A stretch of DNA of 64,000 nt from Toensbergia leucococca (GCA_022813965.1 JALDZS010000004.1:1-64000), one strand, 5' to 3'; positions 39,682 through 52,515 are shown, numbered from the stretch's first letter. Numbers and translations are program-made. Notes: generated by a model not told the origin, from the letters alone.

Positions 39682-41181
39682 TCATCGGCTCAGCTCGCCC
39701 CTCCTCCCAGCACCCCTCTCCCTCTCCCGCCTAAATCCCTCGCCTGCCTCCCTCTCCTCCCTCATCTCCCTCTCAACCTCCTCCCTCACCCCGCCCAAAT
39801 CCGGCGGAATAACCTGCATCTGCACGCTCGGACTCCCTTCCTGATACCTCAACTGCTCCCTCACGGCCTCAACCCTCCCCTCCAAGTACGCAGCGCTATT
39901 CTTGTTCTCATGCTTCCTCCGGTTCAAATCGCCGGGGGCGCGCAAATCGTCCAGGACGGGGAACAGCGTGTTGCCGCCGGCGAAGTGCTCGAGGAAGGGC
40001 GTGTGCGGGGGCAGGGTGGCGGGGATGTCGGCGGCGATGCAGAGGCTTGTTTCATATGCCCAGACGCGGGCGACGTTGTGGGCGGTGTAGCCGCCGCCGC
40101 CGAGGACGAGGAGGGGCACGTTGAGGCGTTTGACGTAGGCGAGGCAGGCGCCGTGGGCGCGGATGTTGAGGTTGAAGACGCCGAGCTTGTCGCCGCCGAG
40201 TGAGTCGCCGCCGCATTGGAGGACGATGGCTGTCGGGTTGTAGGTGTTGAAGCAGGGTCCGACGATGTCTTTGAAAAGATGGACGTATTGGTCATCGTCA
40301 ATGCCGTCGTGGAGGGGGACGTTGAGGGAGTGGTGCGCGCCAGGGTTGAGGGGGTTGGTGGGGCCGGTGGAGCGAGGCCCACCGGTTCCGGGGAAGAATT
40401 TTTCGGGGTCGTATTTGTGGAAGGAAAGAGTCATGACGCGGTCGGTAGACCAGAAGGCTTGTTCGACGCCATCGCCATGGTGGACGTCGATGTCGATGTA
40501 GAGGACGCGGGGGTGGTGGAGTAGCAGCTGCAGGATAGCGAGCACGATATCATTGATGTAGCAGAAACCCGAGGCTTCGGCCTTTTTGGCATGGTGCAGG
40601 CCGCCGGACCAATTGATTGCGATGGAGGATTGGTGGTTTGTGAGTTTGCGTGCGGCATCAAGGGAGGCGCCGGCGTAGAGGGCGCAGTAGTTGTAGAGGC
40701 CGTCAAATATGGGGCAGTCATCACCAATGTTGGCTGCAATAGAGCGGTCATTGAATTCGCCATTAAAAGCGGTTGAGGGAGTGACGCTGAATGAGAAGGG
40801 GTCTGATTAGAGCTCCTGCCTTCTCGGGTTTGATAGATTATCAAAATACCTTTGCAGAAAATCGACATAATCGGAGGCATGGAAATTCAATATTTCTTGC
40901 CTCGTGGCCGCTCTCGAGAGAAACAGATCCATGGCTTCATGCATACCGTAGGCCATGACGATTGATTTTGTTAGGGTTAGTCTCCAGGGCTTCATGGGAT
41001 GCTTTTCGCCGAAATGCTGCTTTTCAATATCTGGGTTTGAGTGGTAGGAGACGGTGAAGCCTTTTGGTTTTTGGATACCATTTTTGAGGATTTCACGTTG
41101 GACTCTTTGGTCGAGGGTTAGGGTGGACGTTGAACCCGGCTGGGGCTGTTGGTATTCTTGGACGACGCTTGTCCTGGCCAT
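39682..41181 (-). CDS. HOS2: Class I histone deacetylase Hos2/HosA
   Basis: [11 protein letters not shown] (Hos2-type W), [41 protein letters not shown]. One intron near 40805-40849. Confidence 0.95.
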
Positions 41182-41853
41182 TTGGGATACTAATGCGGAC
41201 TAAAAGACTAGAGAAGAAAGTAGAATAGTATGCAGAGGCTATGAAGACATGCTCTCTCGCAGATTCAATTTTGACAGTAAGTCTGGTACAATATATGATT
41301 CAGTCCGTTGAGGCGTTCTATGCCAATCTTCAGCTTTAAACATGCAATATGGCGATAATGTTTTTCAGGCAGAGGTTTGCTCGATGCTACCATTATGAAC
41401 CAGTGACAAGCAATTCAATTGGATAGATAGAAGCAGAATGTCCAGGGTATGGATACTGGAGTATCCGTACTCGGTAGTTAAATTGATATCAAAAATCGAA
41501 GGTTGGAGATCGGCACCAGCATCAAAGCCTCCGCCTATGCTTGAACCTTCCCTCATTGGCTCTAGTTATATCAGCCATATGAGCATAGCACAAGCCTCGT
41601 GCCTCTTCATCACGTTGATAAATTACTCTCCATCACGACAGCAGCCACCACCAAAACCAGCTGAATTAATCCAAAAATTCAAAAGCGATTTCTTAAACTG
41701 TCACTGATATCTTGCACGAGACTACTTAGACTAAATCGTGATCAAAAGAGGAAATCGTAAATTCCGTTTCTCCCGCTTCACTTTCTGCGACCGAGCGCAA
41801 TCGGACCCTGAGCAACCATTTCGCCGCGCGCGTAGCAACCCCATTAAATCCTA

Positions 41854-43292
41854 ATGGCAATCGTCGAAGACGCCGCTTCAGTCCTCGAACAATTCGTCCA
41901 AGATGGTACTTCCCCTTTCCCTCATTTCCTACCCATCCCAAAGTAATTTCATGGTACAACCACTAATTCTCCATCATAGTAGCAAACGTCCCCGCCGAAA
42001 TCGCCCATCTCCTGGAAGAAATCGCAGCCAAAGACCGCCTGGTCCTGGAATGCCGCTCCATCTGCCACCAGCGCGACAGCAGCATCCAGAAATGGATCAA
42101 GCTAAACGGCGCCAGCACAGCAAACCCGAAGGAGGAAAGCTATGCTAAAACTATCCTGGCAAATTATGACAAGGCGCAGATCGTACAGGAGGAGAAGGTC
42201 GGGCTAAGTGAGAAAATGAATGTCCTGGTGAGTCTTTTCCTCCCATCCTCGTTCTTTTCCTCCTTTTTTCTTGCTCTCGTCTTCCCACATCCAATCCATT
42301 ACCACAGCAACTAATCTCCCCGCCTTCAACCCCAAAAGCTAGACCGCCAAATCAAACGCCTGGACTTCAAAATCCGCGACCTCCAAAACGAAGGCGCTCT
42401 TCCCCCAGATCCCTCCCTCCCCTCCCTCCTACACACCACAAGCCTCCCCCGCTTCACCCCTCTCGCCTCCACAACCACCAATACCACTGGATCCGGCACC
42501 CCCCTACACCCCCTCTCCGGCAACGCTGGCCCTTCGACTACAATCGCAAATAGCACCTCCAACCCCCTGAGCCGCCTAGTTCACAACCCCCCAATAATCC
42601 TCAGCCGGCACCCCTCCCCCGCAAATCTCAACACCGCTCTGCCCCTCCACGCCCCAACGCCCCTCTCCACAACCATCACCGCCTCCCCAACCCCCTACAC
42701 CCGCGAGCTCTCCAGCGACGCCTCCAAACGCCGCCGCCTCAACCCACACGCCCACCTCTCCATTCATCCCCCCACGTCATCCCTCCGTCAATCCTCTCTA
42801 GGCCCTTGCTCAACCACAACTCCAAAACCAGGTACGCCCCTCCTAACCGCCACACGCGGCAGCAGCACGGGACCCAAAAAGCCCCCAAGAAAAGTAGCTC
42901 CGCACCAACGCCCCACAACCCTACACCCGCACCCCTCCAAAAAACCCTCCCGATCGCGGCGGCCGGGCAAAAAAGCCGGAGGCGGTGCAATGGGACTGAT
43001 GAAAGCCTCACCGTCGGAAGACACGGGCGAAGAATCCGCCCTGAGCGAGGTCGACGGCTCGCAAGAGGGTGGGGAGGGGATGGATGGGGCCGGGGATGCG
43101 GAGATGGAGGAAGGGGAGGCGGACGATGAGCGCAAGTATTGTACGTGTCGGAGTGTGAGTTATGGGAATATGATTGCTTGCGATAACGAGTCGTGTCCGT
43201 ACGAGTGGTTTCATTGGAGTTGCGTGGGCATGACCAAGGAGCCTGCTGGGGCGTGGTTTTGTGACACTTGTCGGGCGAGGATGGCTGTTTGA
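41854..43292 (+). CDS. YNG2: ING-family PHD finger protein, NuA4 subunit Yng2
   Basis: [35 protein letters not shown] domain and C-terminal [34 protein letters not shown]. Two introns; exon 3 from 42339 is in frame with the PHD ORF. Confidence 0.92.
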
Positions 43293-43937
43293 GGGGATGG
43301 TGTTGGGGCTGATGGTTTTTGGGCGCATTGGACTTTTTGGGGTTTGGTACGGGGGTTTTGTTGAGATGTGGGTATTAGATCCGCTCGGGGGAAGTGTCGG
43401 AGTATTTTGGAGGCTTGGGTTGTATGAAGTAAGAGGGCATGAAATCCCCCAAGTATTCCACTCGATATACCAGAATTTAGAATCCAGATATCAAATTCCC
43501 CACGACCGAGCCCAGCTAGTCTGCAACGTCAGTCAAAGCAATACTCTTCACATATTCGTAAATGCAGAGAATCCGTCTCTCAGACATCGTGGAAGACAAT
43601 CCACTGTATACACAACCCAGTCATATCGATCATTCACATGTTCTATCCGGAAGATAATCCTGAAGTGACTGAGAAGAATCTATCCTCCCTCCCCCCAAAA
43701 CAAAATGCCCCTATCAACAGCCCCCTCGGAAACACAAATCACCACAACCGAAGGAGAAGCCGTATGCACCTCTACAAGCCACAAAGTGAAGACCCGGGGA
43801 AAAAAACGCTTACAAACAATCGGAATTCGATAATCGCCGGGGGGTGGGGAGATGAGTCCCCGTGTCAGTGCCATTGGGATACTTTTGAGATGAATAAATA
43901 ACAAGGGTCGATCCTCAGCAGTGACAAAGCTTACAAT

Positions 43938-45943
43938 CTACCTGCCATCATCGGCGTCAACAAATTCATCCACCTCGTCAGTAGCCGTATCTTGTCTTTT
44001 AAGCGGCTGGTTTAGATCCGAATTTTGTGGTTCTTGTAGGCCTGGCGGGGCGTTATCCGATTGCCTGGCCTGCTTCGGGGCCATCTGCTGCGCAGGTACT
44101 GGGGCGCCTTGTCTAAAGTCAATGAGATCGGCGCTGCCGATCGGAGGTTGCGAGGTTGAGTTAGGGACGTGCGTGGCTTCATAGTAAGGAGCGGGGACGC
44201 TGAATTTTTGCGTTGATTGCTGGCCTTTTAGAATAGGAGCAATTGCAAGAATTTGCTGAGCTTTGCCGTCCGGTGTGGGAGCGTTGCTACTAAGGTCAGG
44301 AATAACTCTTAGGAAAAGCTGATTAACACTTACATATCCGCGTTCAATATCCAATCTAGATCCTCTTCTCCTTCTTCAGATCCGCCAGGCCCGCCACGCA
44401 CTCTTCTAAAAAGCCTCGGCTGCCAATCTATACCCTCTTCCGCTCTCTTCGCGGCTTCATCCCTTTGCATATCCTCGACTCTTGTCTTTTCGTCAGTGGC
44501 GACCTCGTGATTTCGATCCTTGAGCGCGAGTACTGTTTTGTACCACAATTTCTGAGATTCACGCTCGTCTTGTTCTTCGAGAGACCTCACTGTTGGAGGC
44601 GAGTGCTTTGCGTGGGTGGCGTCAAAAAGGGTCTCCTTGTGACCGTCCTGATAATAAATGAGCGCAGTCGTAAGCACACACCATTAATCAACACCTACCA
44701 TGACGTTTTTTAATGTCATTTCTCCACTCCACATCCCCGAAAGCTCGTATAATACCTCTCCAGTCTTCTCATTTTTTATAATACCACCTATCGCATTGTA
44801 TGTACCGCCAAAATAGCCTTTTGTTTTGAAATCAATATCTGCTACAAGATTGTGCTCCGGGCATCGCACGAAGCTGTGATCGCCCAATTCATATTTCATT
44901 TTACCAAAAAGGATTCCTCGAGCGTACATGTTCGGCTGGGTGAGAATGCTACGTAACCCGTCTCTGTATTAGTAGGTACGTCCGTAACTGACTGCTCAGT
45001 GTCTTCTGTAGTTACGTACTATTTCTCTCCACCTTTACTTTCACCTCTATTCATGAATCGTAAAATCCCTATACCTTCCATCATGCTGGCGGCCGAGTTT
45101 CCCAAAAACTTGCCTCGGGGCTTCAGGCAGCCGTCAATCCGAATGTTATGTTCGGGCGCCATGTAGAAATAGCTTGACTTAGGTGGATGATGTGATGTCT
45201 GCTCTGAGATGTAGTAGCCTCGAGTATGGTCTGGATAGTCCCAATAGCACGTGAAGGTTTCACCAAGAATAGGGTTCAGCGGCTTCTTCACGCCTCTAAA
45301 AGCCGTCTTAGCTTGCACTTTCTTGATTTACACCGTCACCTTGAGCTGGGATCATGTACGGAGGTCTGATATGCCAACCACTCAAATAGAACTTCACCAC
45401 CGAAACAAATCGCAGAACAGGGTCGTCTATTGCAGGCATTGATAAGAGTGTCTCAGGATGAGCCATGAAGCTTTGGTCTTTAGTCAGCGCATTGCTGTGA
45501 AATCCGAACTCGACAGCCGTACTTGGTGATTCTCTCCAACATAGACCTTGGTTCTAAGATGAAGGTCGGCAGCACCACCCTGCTGAGATCCGCGCCGGGC
45601 CGCAACTGAGATATGATATGCGAGAGTACTAAACGTAATCAAGGTGGATCAGTATGACCGGCCATGTGTACGATCATCTTCCCTCGGTATATCAAGCAGT
45701 TCTCAACTAACCATTGCCCTGATCCGGCTCAACAACTAGGAGCGGTGTTAGTCCAAGGCAGTCTTATGCGAAGCTCTTGTTCTTACCCGTCTCATCGTCG
45801 CCTGTGGTACTATCTGGCCGTGACTCATCTGCGGAGTTCCCTTGAGAAAAAAAGTCAGTGCCTGTGGCAGTATTGAGAGCTGAGCATCTGGGTTAGAACT
45901 AACCTTTCAGCGACAGCCGCCGATGGCCGTGACCAATGGGCAT
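43938..45943 (-). CDS. Oxysterol-binding protein, Osh6/Osh7 type
   Basis: [43 protein letters not shown], and the OSBP signature EQTSHHPP. Many small exons. Confidence 0.93.
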
Positions 45944-46408
45944 TCTGGAAGTGATGCCACTTTGGGCGGACTAGATGGTGGAAGTTTGAACAGAACCAAG
46001 CACAAGGAAATGTTATGTCAAATTTCGGTTGCTCGGTTGCCTGTTTGAGGAATTGAGTACCTCAGGTATGTCTATGTCTGCAGACTTTGGGGGTGTTGTG
46101 TGACGCAGCCTGGCACAAACATCAGCCTAGCCCGAAGGCCCTTCGGCTCCGGAAATCACAACCCCGCGACGCTCAGCCTTCAGCCCGTTGGCCTCGGCAA
46201 AAATTGTCATCCCTGGTGACCTCAAATCCTGATACGATCACTCATCGTTTTGTCATCAACGTCTGAATTCCTGAAAGATCCAAATGTGAGATTGAACAGC
46301 TTCTAGAGTTCTATAATTCTGCGTATAAAGCTAATCTATTCATTCTTTTATGTTCTATGCGCCCGCCGAGTATGTGCAACAATCTGAGCTACAACCTCTA
46401 TCACCACA

Positions 46409-47244
46409 TCAAACTTTGTTGCTGAGCGGTACATCACCATTAGTGATCTCGCTGATGAAGCTTGTGTCGGGATTGTACAACATGACATGGAAGTGTTCCA
46501 CAGAATGGATTGACTTCAACGACTTCCAATTCTTAAACCAGATGACCTTGAAGAGACTTAGATTCCGGAACTTATGATGCCCAAGATATTTGTAAAGCTT
46601 ACGTTCTCAGGAGACACCCTTTTGCAGAAAGTCTCGTTGACATAGTCATCAATCTCTCTTCTTGCCTGAGTGGTCAAATCGTCTGTGGCAGGATCGTCTT
46701 TGAGGTCAAATTTCGTCCAGACGACCAAATGAACAATCTTCTCATCTAGACCATATGGCCAATCATTGTAAAGAGTCTTGATGTCGTCTACTGAGAATGT
46801 GAGTAGCACGAAGCAGGAGGAAAGATTCCATAGAAACTATGCAGTACCTGGCGCGCTGAAGGGGACTAAAGCCTTCGGCGTCAGGTCGGTCCATTGCAGT
46901 CGTTCTTTGACTACGAATTCCATTACGGACCCATATTCGCTCTTTATTTTGGCATTGTAGCTCATGTACCTTCGTAGGTCCGAAGGAACTCGCTGAAGGA
47001 GATCAATGCGATTGGTTTCTTTGAAAAGTCAACATGGGCGACAGATCAATTGCTGTTGTCAAACAATAACCGCACTTATGGTTTCCTGCACCTCTGGCCA
47101 AGTCAAACGGTGGTACTGGGCATCGGGCGTGCTCAGAATGCCTCGATCTTTGGCGTTTGCGTTGATCAGAAAATCTGGACACTTTGAAGGCCAATCTTCC
47201 CGCGGGACGTTGACCAGCCAAAATGGAAGCTCCTCCACTGTCAT
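46409..47244 (-). CDS. DUF3605 / Gig1-like (N-acetylglucosamine-induced) protein
   Basis: [29 protein letters not shown], and [21 protein letters not shown] across four exons. Confidence 0.88.
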
Positions 47245-47778
47245 TGCGAAAATGATTTATCGAGGCTTGCGGTGATAAAGGAATGAAGCTCACAGGTCCT
47301 GCCTACCTATTCATATGAATTCATTTAATTGAGAATGTACGTCACGATTAGACTTAATCGGGCGTCTCATATTTAGCCTTTTGAACAGATTTTACGGATA
47401 GCTTGCTTGGCCACTGACACCTCTTTTTGATATACTGACAATTCTATCTGAAGAAAACATGATTCATTCTAGTGAAAAAGTGCTACTGGTATTCTCTCTC
47501 ACTGTAAATGAAAAGATGCAAGCACAAGCATGCCGTTTTGTTTGGTGCTGATTCTAGAAGCGATCATATCGCTGAGCATGCATACAATACAATCCCTCAA
47601 AATACTACCACCACCACTTCACTGTCCAAGCAGTCATCGGTCGCCAGGTTGCGTCAGCCGATGACTCTCCTTCCCAGATACTAAGTTAGAAATTCCGTGT
47701 AGAGCTTTAAGATGGCATTATCCAAGCATACCTCATCGTTCAACAAGCATGTTTCCTGTCAGCTAATTCTGCCCTCCA

Positions 47779-48015
47779 CTAGTCTGCCGCCTGGTCTGCC
47801 GCCTGGTCTTTGGCTGGTTGCTTGACTGAAGGCTTTTTCTGAGCAGTGGGCTGCTTTGGAGGGGCTTTCTCCGCTGGCTTGACAAAATAGGATGCCCTTT
47901 TGATATCCTGTTTAGGCATCGGTGCCCTCCTACCACAGCCTGGGCAATGTTCACCGGCCTTTGCATAGGCGTTATTGCACTTAGGGCACGGGACATTGTG
48001 GCTAGTGGTCCCCAT
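47779..48015 (-). CDS. Small putative zinc-ribbon protein (78 aa)
   Basis: CPKC-x10-CPGC with a K/P/Q-rich tail. Good start context (CAAGATGG) and an upstream TTAAATA. No known homology recognised. Confidence 0.5.
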   Translation of the reverse strand: MGTTSHNVPCPKCNNAYAKAGEHCPGCGRRAPMPKQDIKRASYFVKPAEKAPPKQPTAQKKPSVKQPAKDQAADQAAD

Positions 48016-48254
48016 CTTGGAAGAGTTTAATACTTTATTAAGTAGTGGTGTGAGTATTTATTGTCCCTTTTCTTTACTGAGGTGCTATGTAACGTACCGT
48101 GCTATGTGTGAAGGTGTGAAGTGATCGATTCCGAGTGTTGGACTTGCAGAAGAAGATGTTAATATCAGAAGCTGTGATGCGGAGGTTGCACGATGTAGAA
48201 ACGTGGAGAGGTATTTAAGCCTGTAGTGACATCCCACACACTGGTCACTGCTGT

Positions 48255-48322
48255 ATTCACTCTCAAGAGTCATGTTGAATTCACTCTCAAGACTCAGGTT
48301 GAATTCACTCTCAACAGTCATG
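48255..48322. repeat. 24-bp tandem repeat x~3 in a divergent intergenic region
   Basis: ATTCACTCTCAAGAGTCATGTTGA / ATTCACTCTCAAGACTCAGGTTGA / ATTCACTCTCAACAGTCATG. Confidence 0.9.
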
Positions 48323-48486
48323 ACTGATTATTTACATGCTTGTTGAAGCAGTATAAAGACCTTGTACCAACCTTTTTGACACAAACAAAAACACAAACAA
48401 AACGAGTTCCTTGTGTCACTCATTTTGGAGCTGCCTTCCATCGACGTTCTAAGTTTACTTCAGTCATCACCACAAATGAAGTGAGG

Positions 48487-50466
48487 ATGGTCCTTCACAA
48501 CATCGGCAGTGACAGCTGGCACAGCGTTCTATCCAACTTGGACAACACTGCGATGGATGTCTTGGTAAAGCGTTGTATCGAGGATACCAAGTGGAACAAT
48601 ATTTTGGAGATGTGCACAAACCTTCGTAAAAGTGTTCGGTGCAAGCTCAGCGACAAGTTTAGCTGTGGCACACAACACCTTGTCAGGCTCATAGAATTTG
48701 ATGACCACGTGAAATGGGTGGTTCGCATTAGGTTTCAAGAGCCTGATTACCGGAATGCAGAGGAAGCCATGAATAGCCAGGTTGCTACCTACAAATTCCT
48801 CAAGTATGTCTTCAATGATGTACAACTCATGCCTTTAGGGCTTTTGGCTGACCATACCAAGAGAACAAACGGAAGTCCCTGTACCAGAAGTACATGCTTT
48901 CAGAGCATTTCCCAATGATGAGGTTGGGCCTCCTTTCATGATACTCACATATCTTCATGGCAGTGTAGCGGATAGTTGCAACCTCGACGACGAACAGACT
49001 CGCTATGTGTTTAAGCAGATGGCGCAGATGTTTGTCAATCTTTCACGCCACAAATTCGATCGTATTGGCTCCATGTTCTTGAAAGAGAACGGAGAAATCG
49101 AGATTCGCAAAGATATTGATATCGATGATGGACCATTTGCAACAGCTCAGGAGTACTATGACGCCCTCAGCACGTTTCATTTCCACCACTTTGCCGACAA
49201 GTGTTTCCTCACCAATCTCGATGCAAGCTCTCAATCAGGAATTTTGCTCCCGCTTTTATTCAGAAAGATAATGCCAATCTTGACCGATTGTGCAAATGAA
49301 AGCGGCCCTTTCTCTTTGGTCAACGTCGATGCCGGCTTTCATAACGTGCTCATTGATGAGAACCTCGATATAGTGGGCGTCATCGATTGCGATAGCTTTA
49401 TGGCAGCACCTATTCACGTGGTTGCGCAACCGCCAAGCTTTTGTGGTATACAGTATACTCCGCCAGGACTTGTAACAAACAAACCACTCGCGAAGATTAC
49501 TTATGATCAAGGAGAGACCAGGTTCAATGAATACGTTGAGATGGTCGAGGGTATGGAAAAGCTTGTGGATGCTGAATGTCCCATAGCAAATGCAATGAGG
49601 TCTGATGGCGCCAAATTGGTAGATGGGATCATCTCATATTACAGTCGCCAAGATTGGATTAATACTGAATGGAGTAGAGCTTTTTGGTACATGTACTTCC
49701 GCGCTACAAAAGGTAGTTTCAACCGTCAAGACAGCTGAATATAATCACTGACAGAAAGGCAGGGGAATCAAGAGCTTTGACATATTCGGATGCGTACATC
49801 CCTGACGATAGTGATGACGAGGACGGAGACGACACCGAAGAAGTTAAGGAGGATGATACTGGAGAAGAGGAGAGGGAGGAAGGAGTCTGCAAACAAGTAG
49901 ATTTCGAGGCCGAAGACGTAGAAGAAGATGTGGAGGAGTTAACCTGTAAAGGCGCTGAGATAACAGAGGGCCGGAAGGTTATTTCAAAGCAGACAGGGGA
50001 AGTGGCCTCCAGCGACGATGAAACGGATGACTGGAAGAGTATTCAAGAGCAGGGTGGGGAGATGGCCACTGTCGACGATAAAACGGATTGCTGGAAGTGT
50101 ATTCAAGAGCAGGCGGGGAAAATGGCCATCAGCGACGATGAATCAGAGGGACAGAAGTGTACTGGAGAGCAGGCAGGGGGGATGGCCATCAGCGACGATG
50201 AATCAGAGGGACAGAAGTGTACTGGAGAGCAGGCAGGGGAAATGGCCATCAGCGACGATGAATCGGAAGGCCGGAAGTGTACTGGAGAACAGGCAGGGAA
50301 AATGGCCATCAGCGATGATGAATCAGAGGGCCGGACTTGTACTGGAGAGCAGGTAAGGGGAATGGCCACTATCGATGATGAAGTGGAGGACCAGAAGCAT
50401 ATTCAAGAGCAGCTTGGGAAAGTAGCCATTACCGACGATGATGACACTGAAGCGGTCCTGGAATAG
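48487..50466 (+). CDS. APH/choline-kinase-like phosphotransferase with acidic tandem-repeat tail
   Basis: GTQHLVRLIEFDDHVKWVVRI, EVPVPEVH, PFMILTYLHG, catalytic loop LVNVDAGFHNVLID and GVIDCD. Introns 48804-48861 and ~49713-49762 restore the frame into the acidic exon. Confidence 0.88.
49969..50445 (+). repeat. 60-bp coding minisatellite x~8
   Basis: Unit ~GAGCAGGCAGGGGAAATGGCCATCAGCGACGATGAATCAGAGGGACAGAAGTGTACTGGA, encoding EQAGEMAISDDESEGQKCTG. Central copies are nearly identical. Confidence 0.95.
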
Positions 50467-51679
50467 GGAGTCCTGAAGCGAGAGGGAGGTTGCCAGAGAG
50501 GGTTGGTAGAGCATCACTTTTGAAGTCTAGGCGTCTTGTATATGTGATATTAATGCATGCAGATTTATGAGCCGTTCACATCCGTGGAATATGACAGCCG
50601 CAAGCTGTATGTAGATTAATGGCACATCTATGCATTCGAGTCCCCCTTTCTTGAAGTGATCCTGGCCTGTTGCTGGCATTTCAATGGGAACGGTCACAAA
50701 TTCTAGAAGCACAAATGGAAGTCTCAACCCACCTTTACTGGTGCAGGACTCGATACAGAGAAATATTTGGAGACAGCTTTTGAAGTCTTTTGGAGATTGC
50801 AAATTGAGGGAAAGCAGACGTACGAGAGTTCCAGCATTTGCGTAAGAAGTCGTGGGAAACCCATCCCATGGAATACCAACTGCACAGCACCCTTAACCTT
50901 GTTTGTTTCATAACGACGAGACGAGCGAATGCTTCTTGACTCTTCCAACGCGAACTTCCCAGCATCCCCGTCTCATTTCTAGAAGCAAAACCCAAGGCCA
51001 AAAAGCAGAGTGACGTCCCCGAACCCCCTAAAACGCGGGCACCACGCTAAAAGCCAATTTCCCACCAACGCAATTTCCAACGCTCCACTCCCCTTTATCC
51101 AACCACTCAGAGCGCTCCTCCCACCTTCCCAAAACGATCAATTCCTTGGATCGCATCCTACACGCAATAACATTGGATTTTGCGCCGGTGCGGATATGGG
51201 AGATTCGATATTGGAAAAGCCACCAATTAAACATGTGTAGAATTGGGCCCGTCGACACCGCCCTAGGCTATTTTCTTTGTGGCTTTGAATTGCTTCTTGC
51301 TTGATGCTTCTTCGCTCTTCCATTGATGCTTCTCGATACCTGTTCTAGTTGACGTTGACGGTTCGTTCCTTTCCGTTGCTCAACTCGTTGAAAGCGCCAG
51401 GTGCTGAGCACTCCACTCGTTCGTGCTTTGCGACTCTGACGACCAGTCGTTCTTTACTCGTTCATCGTCAACTTTCTATTCTCTACGACCTCAAAAGGCT
51501 ACTTTCCAGCTCACGTGGAGCCTCAGTCTCCTGCCTCAACGCATCTCCCACGAAAGACTCAGCATTCCAGGCCAAACAATCACGCGACACACCTCCCCAT
51601 TCCACACACGCGCTCTCCTAAATACCCTCTGTCCAAATATCACCTCCACTGCAAAATCCGAGGACTTCCGAGCCCTACT

Positions 51680-52066
51680 ATGGCCGCAGTCCGCGACCCC
51701 GCGTTCTGGAAACGCTTCTCCATCGCCGTCCACCTCGACGAAGCAGCCACGACCCAATCCCAATCCCCGACAACCTCCCTCTCCTCGCGCCCCGATCTCA
51801 AAGCCTCGTAAAGCCTCCCCTTCTCCCCCTCCTCCCCCCCTCACAACTCATCTCTAAATCACTTGACTGACAATCTGGTTGCGTATTTGTTTCTTTGCAG
51901 AGAATCCTGGCTCGATCGGCAGACGAAAAAGCGCAAACGGAATCGCTGCATGCTGTGTGGGATTGCGCTGCTTTTGGCGGCGGGGATCGCCGTTGTTGCG
52001 CTGCTATGTGTATGGTTGGCGAGGCATGGGTGGTTTTTGCACGGGGAAGCGGCGACGTTCCCGTGA
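51680..52066 (+). CDS. Small conserved fungal single-pass membrane protein
   Basis: MAAVRDPAFWKRFSIAVHLDE...|ESWLDRQTKKRKR followed by a hydrophobic helix. Intron ~51808-51900. Confidence 0.8.
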
Positions 52067-52515
52067 AAGGGAGAGGAGGGTGTTGGGGGTTTCATGGGTG
52101 TTATGAATGTATGGGATATTTGGGTGTTTTGTACTAGATTCTGGGGCTTTTTGGTGGACTGTGGAGGAGCTATACCCCATTTACTATGTGCTTGACTGAG
52201 AGCTTGGGGCATATTTTATGATATACATAAAAGGTATGAAATGAAGTCAATGTGCCTATGGTTTAACAACATTGTTCTACGCTACGCGTTTCGATCTTTT
52301 GGGTATTATAGACACGAGCTTGGCCGAGATCCTACTTAACGCCAGCAAATCCTATGCCATTTTAGTCGTTTCTCCCGGGCCATCACTCCGGGTGTTCATT
52401 CCTTCGGAAGACTTTACCCTAGACGTCCCGTGAAGTAATCTCCTAGGCGGAAGGTCGTCCTAAAGGCGAGAGAGAGCACCGCAGCTCTTCAAGCTACTTC
52501 TTCGAGCAAGCCGTC

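Noticed and set aside
48255..48322. CRISPR-like array
   Set aside because: The repeats are directly tandem with no unique spacers, the context is eukaryotic, and there are no cas genes.
50500..51350. Possible decayed gene after the kinase
   Set aside because: Only short frames and isolated splice-like signals; no coherent model.
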